A stretch of 64,000 bases of DNA from Pseudomonadota bacterium (GTDB lineage Bacteria; Pseudomonadota; Gammaproteobacteria; Burkholderiales; JABEVD01), in the NCBI GenBank assembly GCA_021848825.1, contig JAJZTQ010000005.1:13897-77896 (forward strand). Direction: 5' to 3'. The position numbers and the translations under genes are program-made. Shown here in pieces: positions 9,360-17,987 of the stretch. Positions within the stretch are counted from its first letter, which is position 1. Each line of letters starts with the position of its first letter. A model generated the notes under the pieces. The model worked only from the letters and a program-made list of their open reading frames with translations. It was not told where the DNA came from and searched no databases.

Positions 9360-9652
9360 ACCCGCCTGCCCATTATCGTGAAATTCTCGCTTTGTCTGAA
9401 AGGATGCTCGCATCGGCCCGGGCAGGCAGATGGGAAAGCCTCGTTGTTGAAGGGAAATCCTACAGTGAGGCGGTTCTCCTGGCAGATGCGCCTTCTTCCG
9501 GAAATGATGCAGCACAATGCGCTGAAATCATCGCCTCGATACTCGAGAATGACAGAAAGATAAAGCAACTGGTCAAATCGAGGATGGACGATCTCAACGG
9601 CGCACTCTCCAGCGTGAATCAATCCATCAAGCTCAATCAGGCTTACAGATGA
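9356..9652 (+). CDS. fliT: FliT-like flagellar chaperone
   Basis: 98 aa, helical. ATGA overlap with fliS. 'YREILALSERMLASARAGRWESLVVEGKSY' resembles FliT of beta/gamma-proteobacteria, and the position after fliS fits. Confidence 0.75.
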   Translation: MNPPAHYREILALSERMLASARAGRWESLVVEGKSYSEAVLLADAPSSGNDAAQCAEIIASILENDRKIKQLVKSRMDDLNGALSSVNQSIKLNQAYR

Positions 9653-10662
9653 ATCCAGTCGATGCGCTGATCCGCATCCTCCAGCTCGACCGGACTCAAA
9701 CCCTTGTCTCTGCAGCAGAGGGCGCCAAGCTGCCCCAGGTTCAGATCGGGCAGCAGGTTGCGGCAAAAGTCGAATCGCAGCTTTCCGACGGCAACTTCAA
9801 GGTCAGCATCGAAAATCAGCCGCTGCAGATGAACCTTCCCCAGGGCACGAAACCGGGAAGCGTCGTAGACCTCGTCCTGCTCAGCAGGGAACCGAGACTC
9901 ACCTTTCAGCTCGATCAGCCCAGGAGCCAGCCTCAGACCCAGCTGAGCCAGGCCGGCCGCCTCATTTCCCAGCTCCTTAAGGATGCATCGGGACCGAATA
10001 CGCCGCTGACGAGCGCCAAGCCCGTATTGCCCTCCCCGCCTGGGGAGCCCAGGCAGCTCGCCATTGCGTTGCAGAACACCTTGTCGAAAAGCGGCCTTTT
10101 TTACGAATCCCACCAGGCGCAATGGGTGATGGGGCAGAAGCCGATCGAGCAGCTGCTGCAGGAACCCCAGAATTCGCCTTCTTCTCAGCTGCAGTCTGTT
10201 GATGCCCCGCAAGCGACATTGCCGTCTTCTGCCGATTCTTCGTTGAAAGCGGCTCCTGATTCTTCGCTGAACTCCTCTGCCGATTCATCACAGCTCAAGA
10301 TCAAGGATTCGACCCTTCCTGTTGTGCGGCAGCAGATTGCCACGCTCGAGACGCACGAATTCAGCTGGAACGGACAAATCTGGCCTGGTCAGAACATGGC
10401 ATGGCAGGTCACGGAAGAGCGTCAGGAAGGGCATGACCAGGAAGCCCCGCCCGCGGCATGGCAGTCCCGGCTGAAGCTCGATCTGCCCGTCCTCGGTCAG
10501 GTCGATGCGAATCTGAGGCTCACTCCTGCCGGGGTCCAGATTTCGTTCCAGGTGCAAAAAGCCGAGACTGAAAACCAGATGAAGGTTCAGGGAAAGATGC
10601 TTCATGATGCGCTCAAAGCAGGCGGCATTTCCCTGCTTTCCATGACGGTGAAGCATGGCTGA
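9649..10662 (+). CDS. FliK-like protein (second Flg_hook/T3S4-type C-terminal domain in the window)
   Basis: 337 aa. ATGA overlap with fliT. The C-terminus 'SRLKLDLPVLGQVDANLRLTPAGVQISFQVQKAE...LHDALKAGGISLLSMTV' follows the same pattern as canonical FliK in this window ('ELHLNPPNLGPLEVKLSINNDQATIQFVSQHQE...LREMMMDSGISLGNASV'). Confidence 0.7.
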   Translation: MNPVDALIRILQLDRTQTLVSAAEGAKLPQVQIGQQVAAKVESQLSDGNFKVSIENQPLQMNLPQGTKPGSVVDLVLLSREPRLTFQLDQPRSQPQTQLSQAGRLISQLLKDASGPNTPLTSAKPVLPSPPGEPRQLAIALQNTLSKSGLFYESHQAQWVMGQKPIEQLLQEPQNSPSSQLQSVDAPQATLPSSADSSLKAAPDSSLNSSADSSQLKIKDSTLPVVRQQIATLETHEFSWNGQIWPGQNMAWQVTEERQEGHDQEAPPAAWQSRLKLDLPVLGQVDANLRLTPAGVQISFQVQKAETENQMKVQGKMLHDALKAGGISLLSMTVKHG

Positions 10663-10924
10663 GGAAAACAGGCAGGCAGCGGTTGCGCTCGCCTATCATT
10701 CGGGCGATGCCGCGCCGAGAGTGGTCGCCAAGGGGCGCGGGATTGTCGCCCAGATGATCATCGAACGCGCAAAAGAAGCAGGCGTCTACGTGCACGAATC
10801 GAAGGAACTCGTCTCTCTCCTGATGCAGGTCGATCTGGACGACCATATTCCTCCCGAGCTCTATCTCGTCGTAGCCGAACTCCTCGCCTGGCTCTACCGC
10901 CTGGAAAAAGGGACGGAAACCTGA
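10655..10924 (+). CDS. Stand-alone FlhB C-terminal (CC) domain protein (FlhX/YlqH-like); no TM region and no NPTH site
   Basis: 89 aa. 8-nt overlap (ATGGCTGA) with the FliK-like gene. 'AVALAYHSGDAAPRVVAKGRGIVAQMIIERAKEAGVYVHESKELVSLL...IPPELYLVVAELLAWLYRL' is colinear with FlhB '[48 protein letters not shown]...IPEALYAAVAEVLAYVYQV'. Confidence 0.85.
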   Translation: MAEENRQAAVALAYHSGDAAPRVVAKGRGIVAQMIIERAKEAGVYVHESKELVSLLMQVDLDDHIPPELYLVVAELLAWLYRLEKGTET

Positions 10925-10978
10925 ACTTTTCGGACAGTTTCGGCTACAATTCTGAAGCTCTCCATTTTGAACACGATC

Positions 10979-11734
10979 ATGTCAAAAAGCGATCCCATTC
11001 CCCTCAAGTTCGAACTGTCTTCGGTCGCAGACGAAAGCCGATACTATATTCATACAAGAAATGAAATTCTCTCCATCCTGAGAAGGATGATGGAAAAGAA
11101 GGAACTCGCTGCCCTCTATTACGAAGAAGGGAATCATGCCATTCTCTCGCAGATTCTCGATGTTCAGGCGGCGGAGAACAGCCTTGTCCTGGACTGCAGC
11201 GCAAACGCGGCTTCAAACAGTCTTGTCGAAAAAAGCCAGAAGCTCGTCTTCATCTCCTCTCTCGACAACGTCAAGATCCAGTTCATTGTTCCGCATCTGG
11301 AGAAAATCGAATTCGAGGGAAGATGCGCTTTCTCGACCCCCATTCCGCCGGCGCTCCTCAGACTGCAGAGAAGGGAATATTTCAGGCTCACCGCCTCCGA
11401 CGAGAGGCCGCTGAACTGCGTCATTCCCTTTGCCGGAAAGAAAATGACCGTGAGCATCCTCAACATCAGCGCCGGCGGCATCGCGGTCATCGGCTACAAG
11501 GACGGATTCGACCTCGCTCCAGACCAGATTTATCACGATTGCGAGATCTCTCTGCCGGAAGTGGGACAAGTGACCGTTTCGATAGAAGTCAGGGTGACGT
11601 TCGACATCACCATGAAAAACGACGTGATCAAGAAAAGGGCGGGATGCAGGTTCCTCGACATGCCTCCTCATGCCCAGACACTGATCCAGCGCTACATCAT
11701 GAAGTCGGAGCTGAGGAAATCGAGCGCAGGCTAG
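10979..11734 (+). CDS. ycgR: PilZ-domain flagellar brake protein (c-di-GMP receptor)
   Basis: The ORF opens at TTG 10967; ATG 10979 was chosen. It has a YcgR-type N-terminal domain plus PilZ motifs 'RREYFR' (RxxxR) and 'NISAGGIAV' (D/NxSxxG). Confidence 0.85.
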   Translation: MSKSDPIPLKFELSSVADESRYYIHTRNEILSILRRMMEKKELAALYYEEGNHAILSQILDVQAAENSLVLDCSANAASNSLVEKSQKLVFISSLDNVKIQFIVPHLEKIEFEGRCAFSTPIPPALLRLQRREYFRLTASDERPLNCVIPFAGKKMTVSILNISAGGIAVIGYKDGFDLAPDQIYHDCEISLPEVGQVTVSIEVRVTFDITMKNDVIKKRAGCRFLDMPPHAQTLIQRYIMKSELRKSSAG

Positions 11735-12048
11735 ACCTGCATGTTCATGATGTCGTTGTAGGCGGTGACCAGCCTGTTCCTGACCTGAACCATTTCCTGG
11801 AACGAGAGGTTGGCTTTCTGCAGCGAAAGCATCACGTCCGTCAGATTCGCATTTCCCGATCCCGTTTCCATCGCCTTGGCAAGGTTCATCGAATCCTGCT
11901 GGGCGGAGTTGACCTGATCGATGGAATTTTTCAATACCGAGGCAAAATCTGCCGCTCCGCTTGCCGCCGTCGGCTGCGGTTTTCCGCTCGCCGCATTGGA
12001 CGCAGCCTGGAGCTGGCTCAGCATCGCATCTATTCCTGACAAATCCAT
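11731..12048 (-). CDS. fliE: Flagellar hook-basal body complex protein FliE
   Basis: 105 aa. The C-terminus 'DVMLSLQKANLSFQEMVQVRNRLVTAYNDIMNMQV' is canonical FliE. Confidence 0.95.
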   Translation of the reverse strand: MDLSGIDAMLSQLQAASNAASGKPQPTAASGAADFASVLKNSIDQVNSAQQDSMNLAKAMETGSGNANLTDVMLSLQKANLSFQEMVQVRNRLVTAYNDIMNMQV

Positions 12049-12078
12049 TTCAGATTCCCGATGATTTTAAAAATGAAA

Positions 12079-12094
12079 AGCAATTATCATGCCA
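12079..12094 (-). promoter_or_regulatory. Sigma-54 promoter of fliE
   Basis: The minus strand reads TGGCATGATAATTGCT against the consensus TGGCACG-N4-TTGCW, with correct GG-N10-GC spacing. It lies about 30 nt upstream of the fliE ATG, right after the fleR stop. Confidence 0.7.
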
Positions 12095-12096
12095 TA

Positions 12097-13401
12097 TCAT
12101 TCGCCGCTTTCCAGCCTGTACTGCTGCAATTTGTAGCGCAGCGTCCTTTCGCTGATGCCGAGCTTCTGCACCGCGAGCTTCCTGGAGCCGTTGACCGAGG
12201 CCAGCACGTCCATGATATGCTTTTTTTCGAGAGATTTCATGTCATCGACCTTTTCCGACGATTTCTCCTCGATCTTTCCTTCAAGCAGCAGGTCCCCTGC
12301 CTCTATCTCGGTCCCTGAGGCGAGCACCATCGCGCGCTGAATGACGTTTTCGAGTTCCCTGATGTTGCCTGGCCAGGCGTGGCGCTTGAGGCGTTCCTCG
12401 GCGGAAGCAGAAAGCTTCATTCCCTGCCTGCCTTCATCCATCCTGCTGACGAAATAGCGCGCAAGCGGGACGATGTCTGCGGGATGTTCGCGCAGAGGAG
12501 GAACCTTCAGCGGAATGACGTTCAGCCTGTAATAGAGATCTTCCCTGAAGTCCCCCCTGGCGACATATTCGGCCATGTCCCGATTGCTCGTCGCAATCAC
12601 CCTGATGTCGAGCGGTATCGGTTTCCTTCCTCCGACCCGCTCGACTTCCCTTTCCTGCAGCACGCGAAGGAGCTTCGCCTGCAATCCGAGCGGCATCTCG
12701 GAAATCTCGTCGAGCAGCAATGTCCCGCCTTCCGCCTGCTCGAATTTCCCGGCCTGGGATTGCATTGCCCCCGTGAATGCGCCCTTCTCATAGCCGAAAA
12801 GCGTCGCCTCCAGCAGATTTTCCGGAATGGCTGCGCAATTGATCGCGACGAAAGGCTTTTCTGCGCGTGCAGAATTTCGGTGGATGAAGCGCGCGAAGAC
12901 TTCCTTTCCTGTCCCGCTCTCCCCTGTCAGCATCACGGTGGCGGAGGATTTCGCCACCCTTCTTGCGAGCTGCAACAGCGCCTCGATCTTCGGATCCTGG
13001 GCGATCACGCCGGAATTGCCATCGTAAGGGACGGCAAGCTGGTATTTCTCGACATATTCGATCAGGCTGGACGGCTCGAAAGGCTTCAGGAGATAGTCGC
13101 AGGCGCCGGATCGCATGGCATTGACCGCCTTTTCGACATCTCCGAAGGCCGTCATCAGCACCACGGGAATGCCCGGGAAAGCGGTGTTGATTTCGTTCAG
13201 CAGGGTGAAGCCATCCATGGGCTTCATGTTGACGTCGCTCACGACCAGCCCGACCTGCTCGTTCTTCAGCATGGCCAGCGCTTCCGTTCCATCCTGTGCG
13301 GAAAAAACCGGATAGCCCGCAATCCCGAGCGTCGCCTCGATCGCTTCTCTCAGGTCATGATCGTCCTCGACGATCAGCACAGGCAATTTGGATTCACTCA
13401 T
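12097..13401 (-). CDS. fleR: Sigma-54-dependent response regulator (FleR/FlrC type)
   Basis: 434 aa. REC domain ('VLIVEDDHDLR...VVSDVNMKPMDG'), AAA+ activator domain ('GESGTGKE', 'GAFTGA'), and a C-terminal HTH ('RKLAVQKLGISERTLRYKL'). Confidence 0.9.
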   Translation of the reverse strand: MSESKLPVLIVEDDHDLREAIEATLGIAGYPVFSAQDGTEALAMLKNEQVGLVVSDVNMKPMDGFTLLNEINTAFPGIPVVLMTAFGDVEKAVNAMRSGACDYLLKPFEPSSLIEYVEKYQLAVPYDGNSGVIAQDPKIEALLQLARRVAKSSATVMLTGESGTGKEVFARFIHRNSARAEKPFVAINCAAIPENLLEATLFGYEKGAFTGAMQSQAGKFEQAEGGTLLLDEISEMPLGLQAKLLRVLQEREVERVGGRKPIPLDIRVIATSNRDMAEYVARGDFREDLYYRLNVIPLKVPPLREHPADIVPLARYFVSRMDEGRQGMKLSASAEERLKRHAWPGNIRELENVIQRAMVLASGTEIEAGDLLLEGKIEEKSSEKVDDMKSLEKKHIMDVLASVNGSRKLAVQKLGISERTLRYKLQQYRLESGE

Positions 13402-14611
13402 CTGCCAATTCTATCCTTAGCAAGTCGCTCGCGCGCTTGTTCCATTGTTCCTGGGGCCCCCCGACTGCGGGATTGACCGGCAACTCGAGCAGAAATTCGC
13501 TGCCAGAACCCGGCGCCGATTTCACCCTGATCGCCCCGCCATGGGACTGAACCACGGTTCTGACGATGGCAAGCCCCAATCCTGTTCCTTCCTGCCTGGT
13601 CGTGAAAAAAGGCTCGAAAAGGCGCTCCTGCAGATCGCGCGCCACCCCTCTTCCTTCATCCTTCACTGAAATGAGGATCTTGCCTTCTGCCGAATGCGCA
13701 AAAAGGTCTATTTTACCCCCGTGGGACGAAGCCTGCATCGCATTTTCGAGCAGGTTGAGGAGCGCGCCCGACAGCGCTTTTCTGCTTCCCTTGAGCACCG
13801 CCCCATGGCTATCGTCATGAAATCCGAACAGGATTCCCCTTTCCTTCAGCTGCGGCTCCATGACCTGCTGCAATTCAAGGAGCAGGCTGGAAACCGGGAT
13901 ATCCTCGTTGCCTACTGTTTCACCCTTGACGAAAAGCAGCATGTCCTTGATCAACTGCTCGAGATGGTGAAGCCTGGCAAGCGATTTCTCGGCGAATTTT
14001 GCGCGCTCCTCCCTGGACAGCTCCTCCTTGCCGAGGTGAGCTGTATAAAGCATTGCAGTAGCAAGCGGCGTTCTGAGCTGGTGGGCAAGGCTCGCCGCCA
14101 TTTCGCCCATCGCGGACAGGCGCTGGTTTCGCTGAAACTGCATCTTCATGTTGTGCGCGTCCGTGACGTCCTGGATCATCAGGATCTGCCCGTCGGACGC
14201 CCCCAGTCCGCTTTTCACGATGGAAAGCCGCCTTCCCTCGCCTGAGAGCCATTCCCCGGGCGTGGAAGTCTGCGTCAATCCCGATTCGATCGATTCGAGC
14301 CAGTTTCTGCCGACGACATCCTTGCCGAACATCTGGATCGACGCCGGGTTCGCTTCCGCCACCTTGCCTGCAGCATCGAGCACGACCACCCCGCCTGGAA
14401 GCGCCGTCAGGATCAGGCCCAGCCTCTCCGAAAGCGCTTCCTTCTCCATCAGCTGGCTCCTCAATTCGCCGTTTGCAACGGCAAGTTCGCCAGTCAGCTG
14501 TTCGACGCGCTGCTGCAGTTCCTGATAAGCATGGGAGAGGTGGTCGGACGCCTGCATGAAGATGGAGAAGGCTTCCTCGAGCTGCTTCTTGTTTCCAGGT
14601 GTAGAATCCAT
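13394..14611 (-). CDS. fleS: Soluble PAS-histidine kinase (FleS/FlrB type)
   Basis: 405 aa with no obvious TM segment. H-box 'MGEMAASLAHQLRTPL'; ATP-lid 'GTGLGLAIVRTVV'. 8-nt overlap with fleR. Confidence 0.85.
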   Translation of the reverse strand: MDSTPGNKKQLEEAFSIFMQASDHLSHAYQELQQRVEQLTGELAVANGELRSQLMEKEALSERLGLILTALPGGVVVLDAAGKVAEANPASIQMFGKDVVGRNWLESIESGLTQTSTPGEWLSGEGRRLSIVKSGLGASDGQILMIQDVTDAHNMKMQFQRNQRLSAMGEMAASLAHQLRTPLATAMLYTAHLGKEELSREERAKFAEKSLARLHHLEQLIKDMLLFVKGETVGNEDIPVSSLLLELQQVMEPQLKERGILFGFHDDSHGAVLKGSRKALSGALLNLLENAMQASSHGGKIDLFAHSAEGKILISVKDEGRGVARDLQERLFEPFFTTRQEGTGLGLAIVRTVVQSHGGAIRVKSAPGSGSEFLLELPVNPAVGGPQEQWNKRASDLLRIELADE

Positions 14612-14692
14612 GTCAGAAGGGCCTAGCCCCCATCGATGGAGGCATGTAAAATGTTCATTTGGATGAAATAATACCCCTTATTGAGGATAATG

Positions 14693-14714
14693 TTAAAGTG
14701 CATGTTCACTTTAA
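14693..14714. promoter_or_regulatory. Perfect inverted repeat in the fleS/fliF divergent intergenic region (candidate operator)
   Basis: TTAAAGTG-N6-CACTTTAA, with 8-bp arms, in an AT-rich 125-bp gap. It ends 22 nt upstream of the fliF ATG. Confidence 0.4.
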
Positions 14715-14736
14715 TTAGTTCATTGGGTACAAAGAC

Positions 14737-16353
14737 ATGGCGGTAGACGCTCGACCTTCATTGATGTCTCAGCTGCAGCTGCTGAATCGTCTGCCGATGC
14801 AACAGAAACTCGGCCTGATGGTGGCAACAGCCGCAATCATCGCCATCGTGATCGGCGCCTGGTTTTGGGAGACGACGCCTGATTACCGGGTGCTCTACAG
14901 CAATCTCTCCGACAGGGACGGCGGCGCCATCATCACCCAACTGCAGCAGATGAACGTCCCCTACAAGTTCGCTGAAGGCGGGGCCGCCCTGCTCGTGCCG
15001 GCAGCTCAAGTCGACGAGACACGCCTGAAGCTTGCAGCCCAGGGCCTGCCGAAAGGGAGCCTGGTCGGATTCGAGCTGCTCGACAACGAGAAATTCGGCA
15101 CCAGCCAGTTCCAGGAACAGCTCAACTACCAGAGAGGACTGGAAGGCGAACTGGCGAGAACGATCCAGTCTCTCTCGCAGGTGCAGGGTGCGCGAGTGCA
15201 TCTTGCCATACCGAAACCTTCCGTCTTCGTCCGCGACCAGGAAAAACCGAGCGCTTCCGTATTGCTCAATCTCTATCCGGGGAAATCGCTGGATCAGGGA
15301 CAGGTGAGCGCAATCGCCCATCTCGTCTCCAGCAGCGTCCCGGATCTTTCAGTCAAGAACGTGACCATCGTTGACCAGAACGGCAACCTGCTGAGTCAGC
15401 CAGTCGACGCGCTGCTTGCAAGCGGAATGGATCCCGGCCAGCTCAAGTTTTTGCAGGAAACGGAAAAAGGCTATATCAAGCGCATCGAGGATATTCTTAC
15501 GCCTGTCGTGGGCGCCCAGAATGTCAGGGCTCAGGTGGCGGCCGATCTCGACTTCTCCCAGGTCGAGAAGACATCTGAAAGCTACAAGCCCAACCAGAAT
15601 CCCGCCGCCGCTGCGATTCGCAGCCAGCAGATCTCGGAGACGAACGCGAGCAGCGAACAGAAGGCGAGCGGCGTCCCGGGATCGCTTTCGAACCAGCCGC
15701 CAGCCCCGGTCAGCGCGCCCGTCGCATCGACCGTACCCTCGAAGCCGACTTCCACGAGCGGCAACACCATGAACACGCAGCGGGACTCGACAACCAATTA
15801 TGAAGTCGACAAGACCATCCAGCATGTCAAGGACCCGGTCGGCGGCATCAAGCGCCTCTCTGTCGCTGTCGTGGTCAATTACAGGAAGGTCGTCGATGCG
15901 AACAAGAAGGTAGCCATGAAGCCGCTGACGCCTTCTGAAATTGCCCAGATCACTGCGCTCGTCAAGGATACCATGGGCTTCAGTGCGGCGAGAGGCGATA
16001 CCCTGAACATCGTCAATACCGCCTTCACCGCTCAGGAAGAGGAAGCGATTCCTTCCATTCCCTGGTGGAAACAGCCCGAGATCATGTCGATCATCACTTC
16101 GATCGCCAAAACCCTGGCCATTGCCGCAGTCGTCGGCTACCTGATATTCGGCGTGATCCGGCCCGCCATGAAGAACATCCGCTTCCAGGCAACCCAGATG
16201 GCCGCAGCCCAGGCCGCATACGAGAAAGAGCATCATGCGCCCATCATGCCAAAGAGCGAAGCCGAATCCGCGGAAGCCGCTCGGGAACTGGCCCGCCAGA
16301 ATCCGCAGCTTGTCGCCAACGTGATCAAGGGCTGGGTATCAGGCAATGAGTGA
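14737..16353 (+). CDS. fliF: Flagellar MS-ring protein
   Basis: 538 aa. 'YRVLYSNLSDRDGGAIITQLQQMNVPYKF...LAAQGLPKG...YQRGLEGELARTIQSL' is canonical FliF, with N- and C-proximal TM helices. Confidence 0.96.
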   Translation: MAVDARPSLMSQLQLLNRLPMQQKLGLMVATAAIIAIVIGAWFWETTPDYRVLYSNLSDRDGGAIITQLQQMNVPYKFAEGGAALLVPAAQVDETRLKLAAQGLPKGSLVGFELLDNEKFGTSQFQEQLNYQRGLEGELARTIQSLSQVQGARVHLAIPKPSVFVRDQEKPSASVLLNLYPGKSLDQGQVSAIAHLVSSSVPDLSVKNVTIVDQNGNLLSQPVDALLASGMDPGQLKFLQETEKGYIKRIEDILTPVVGAQNVRAQVAADLDFSQVEKTSESYKPNQNPAAAAIRSQQISETNASSEQKASGVPGSLSNQPPAPVSAPVASTVPSKPTSTSGNTMNTQRDSTTNYEVDKTIQHVKDPVGGIKRLSVAVVVNYRKVVDANKKVAMKPLTPSEIAQITALVKDTMGFSAARGDTLNIVNTAFTAQEEEAIPSIPWWKQPEIMSIITSIAKTLAIAAVVGYLIFGVIRPAMKNIRFQATQMAAAQAAYEKEHHAPIMPKSEAESAEAARELARQNPQLVANVIKGWVSGNE

Positions 16354-17341
16354 GGAAGGACTCAACAAAAGCGCCATCCTGCTGCTCTCGCTGGGTGAGA
16401 ACGAAGCGGCCGAGGTGTTCAAGTATTTGAGTCCGAAGGAAGTGCAGAAGCTTGGCACGGCGATGGCCAATCTGTCCAACATCTCACGGGAAACCATAGA
16501 TGGCGTATTCTCGGAGTTCTATACAGCGGCCGGCGAGAAAACCACGCTGGGCATGGATTCGGACGACTATATCCGCGCCGTCCTCAGGAAAGCCCTGGGT
16601 GACGACAAGGCAGCGGGCCTGATAGACCGGATCCTTCAGGGCGGAGACACGAGCGGCATAGAAAGCCTGAAATGGATGGATTCGGCAGCAGTGGCTGAGC
16701 TGATCCACAACGAGCACCCGCAGATCATCGCGACGATCCTGGTCCACCTCGAAGCGGACCAGTCATCCGAAATCCTCAGCCACTTCACCGAGCGCCTGAG
16801 AAACGACGTGCTATTGAGAATCGCCACGCTCGACGGCATCCAGCCCACCGCCCTCAAGGAACTCAACGATGTGCTGGCGAAACTGCTCTCTGGCGGCACG
16901 AACATCAAGAAGGCGACCCTCGGCGGCGTGAAGATCGTCGCCGACATCATGAATTACATGGGCGGAGGACAGGAAACCGCCGCCATAGAGAACATCAGGG
17001 AACATGATCCTGAAATGGCGCAGGAAATACTGGACGCCATGTTCGTGTTCGAGAACCTGCTCGATGTGGACGACCGCGGCGTCCAGCTCCTGCTCAGGGA
17101 GATCCAGTCCGAATCGCTGATCATCGCGCTCAAAGGCGCATCCGAAGAACTTCGCGAAAAGATCTTCAAGAACATGTCCCAGCGCGCAGCGGAAATGATG
17201 AGGGAGGATCTCGAATCGAAGGGACCCGTCAGGGTCAGCGAAGTCGAGGCCGAGCAGAAGGAAATACTGAAGGTCGTGAGGCGCCTCGCCGAGGAAGGCC
17301 AGATCGTCCTCGCAGGCAAGGGAGAGGAAGGATTTGTCTAG
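16346..17341 (+). CDS. fliG: Flagellar motor switch protein FliG
   Basis: 331 aa. 'GLNKSAILLLSLGENEAAEVFKYLSPKEVQKLG' and 'MFVFENL' motifs. 8-nt overlap with fliF. Confidence 0.96.
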   Translation: MSEEGLNKSAILLLSLGENEAAEVFKYLSPKEVQKLGTAMANLSNISRETIDGVFSEFYTAAGEKTTLGMDSDDYIRAVLRKALGDDKAAGLIDRILQGGDTSGIESLKWMDSAAVAELIHNEHPQIIATILVHLEADQSSEILSHFTERLRNDVLLRIATLDGIQPTALKELNDVLAKLLSGGTNIKKATLGGVKIVADIMNYMGGGQETAAIENIREHDPEMAQEILDAMFVFENLLDVDDRGVQLLLREIQSESLIIALKGASEELREKIFKNMSQRAAEMMREDLESKGPVRVSEVEAEQKEILKVVRRLAEEGQIVLAGKGEEGFV

Positions 17342-17987
17342 GCCCATCATCCCCAAGGAACAGTTGAGCGCCTATCAGCGATGGGAGCTCGATTCGCTGG
17401 ACGATTCCCGCCCCAAGGATCCGGGCATCACGCTGCCCACCGCCCAGGAAATCGAGCAGATCCACCAGAATGCCCATCACGAGGGCTATGAAGCCGGCCG
17501 CAAGCATGGCTACGAAGATGGATACAGGCAGGGCATGCTTGACGCGGCAGAAAAGGCGAACAAACTCGGAACCATCCTGTCCAATCTTGACCAGGAGCTG
17601 CACAGGCTGGAAGCGGAAATTTCGCAGGACATCCTTTCTCTTTCGCTCGCGATAGCGAAACAGGTCCTGCTCCAATCGCTGGAGGCGAAGCCGGAACTGA
17701 TCCTTTCGGTCGTCAGGGAAAGCCTGTCCAGGCTTCCGCCATTCAACCAGCACGCCCATCTGACGCTGAATCCTGAAGATGCCGCCCTCGTCAGGGAGCA
17801 AATGGGCGATCAGCTCGAACATGCGGGATGGAAAATCATGGAAGACCCGGGTATGGAAAGAGGAGGATGCAGAATCGAAACCGCAACCAGCCAGATCGAT
17901 GCGACGCTTTCGAATCGCTGGCAGAGAGTCGTGTCGGCCATCGCCAAGGACAATGAATGGCTCTCCGGCGAGGGCAAAAAGCCTTGA
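17334..17987 (+). CDS. fliH: Flagellar assembly protein FliH
   Basis: 217 aa with a TTG start overlapping the fliG end. '[10 protein letters not shown]' N-terminus and '[23 protein letters not shown]' C-terminus are typical of FliH. Confidence 0.9.
   Translation: MSRPIIPKEQLSAYQRWELDSLDDSRPKDPGITLPTAQEIEQIHQNAHHEGYEAGRKHGYEDGYRQGMLDAAEKANKLGTILSNLDQELHRLEAEISQDILSLSLAIAKQVLLQSLEAKPELILSVVRESLSRLPPFNQHAHLTLNPEDAALVREQMGDQLEHAGWKIMEDPGMERGGCRIETATSQIDATLSNRWQRVVSAIAKDNEWLSGEGKKP

Noticed and set aside
10923-10949. Weak sigma-28-like motif GAACTTTT-N11-GGCTACAA upstream of ycgR.
   Set aside because: Only about 5 of 8 matches in each half-site. It is plausible biologically (ycgR is sigma-28 dependent in enterics) but not supportable from sequence alone.
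12379-13476. Long ORFs antisense to well-supported genes. Examples: 12379-13476 opposite fleR, 47444-48655 opposite the amidase gene, 51435-52487 opposite pntB, 53109-54308 opposite pntAA, 55389-56168 opposite hoxH, 57922-58908 opposite hoxF, 40136-40888 and 41961-42773 opposite fliA/flhG/flhF.
   Set aside because: Their translations are Arg/Pro/His-rich and low in complexity, and carry no recognisable motifs. The opposite strand encodes proteins with unmistakable family signatures. These are typical shadow ORFs of GC-rich DNA.
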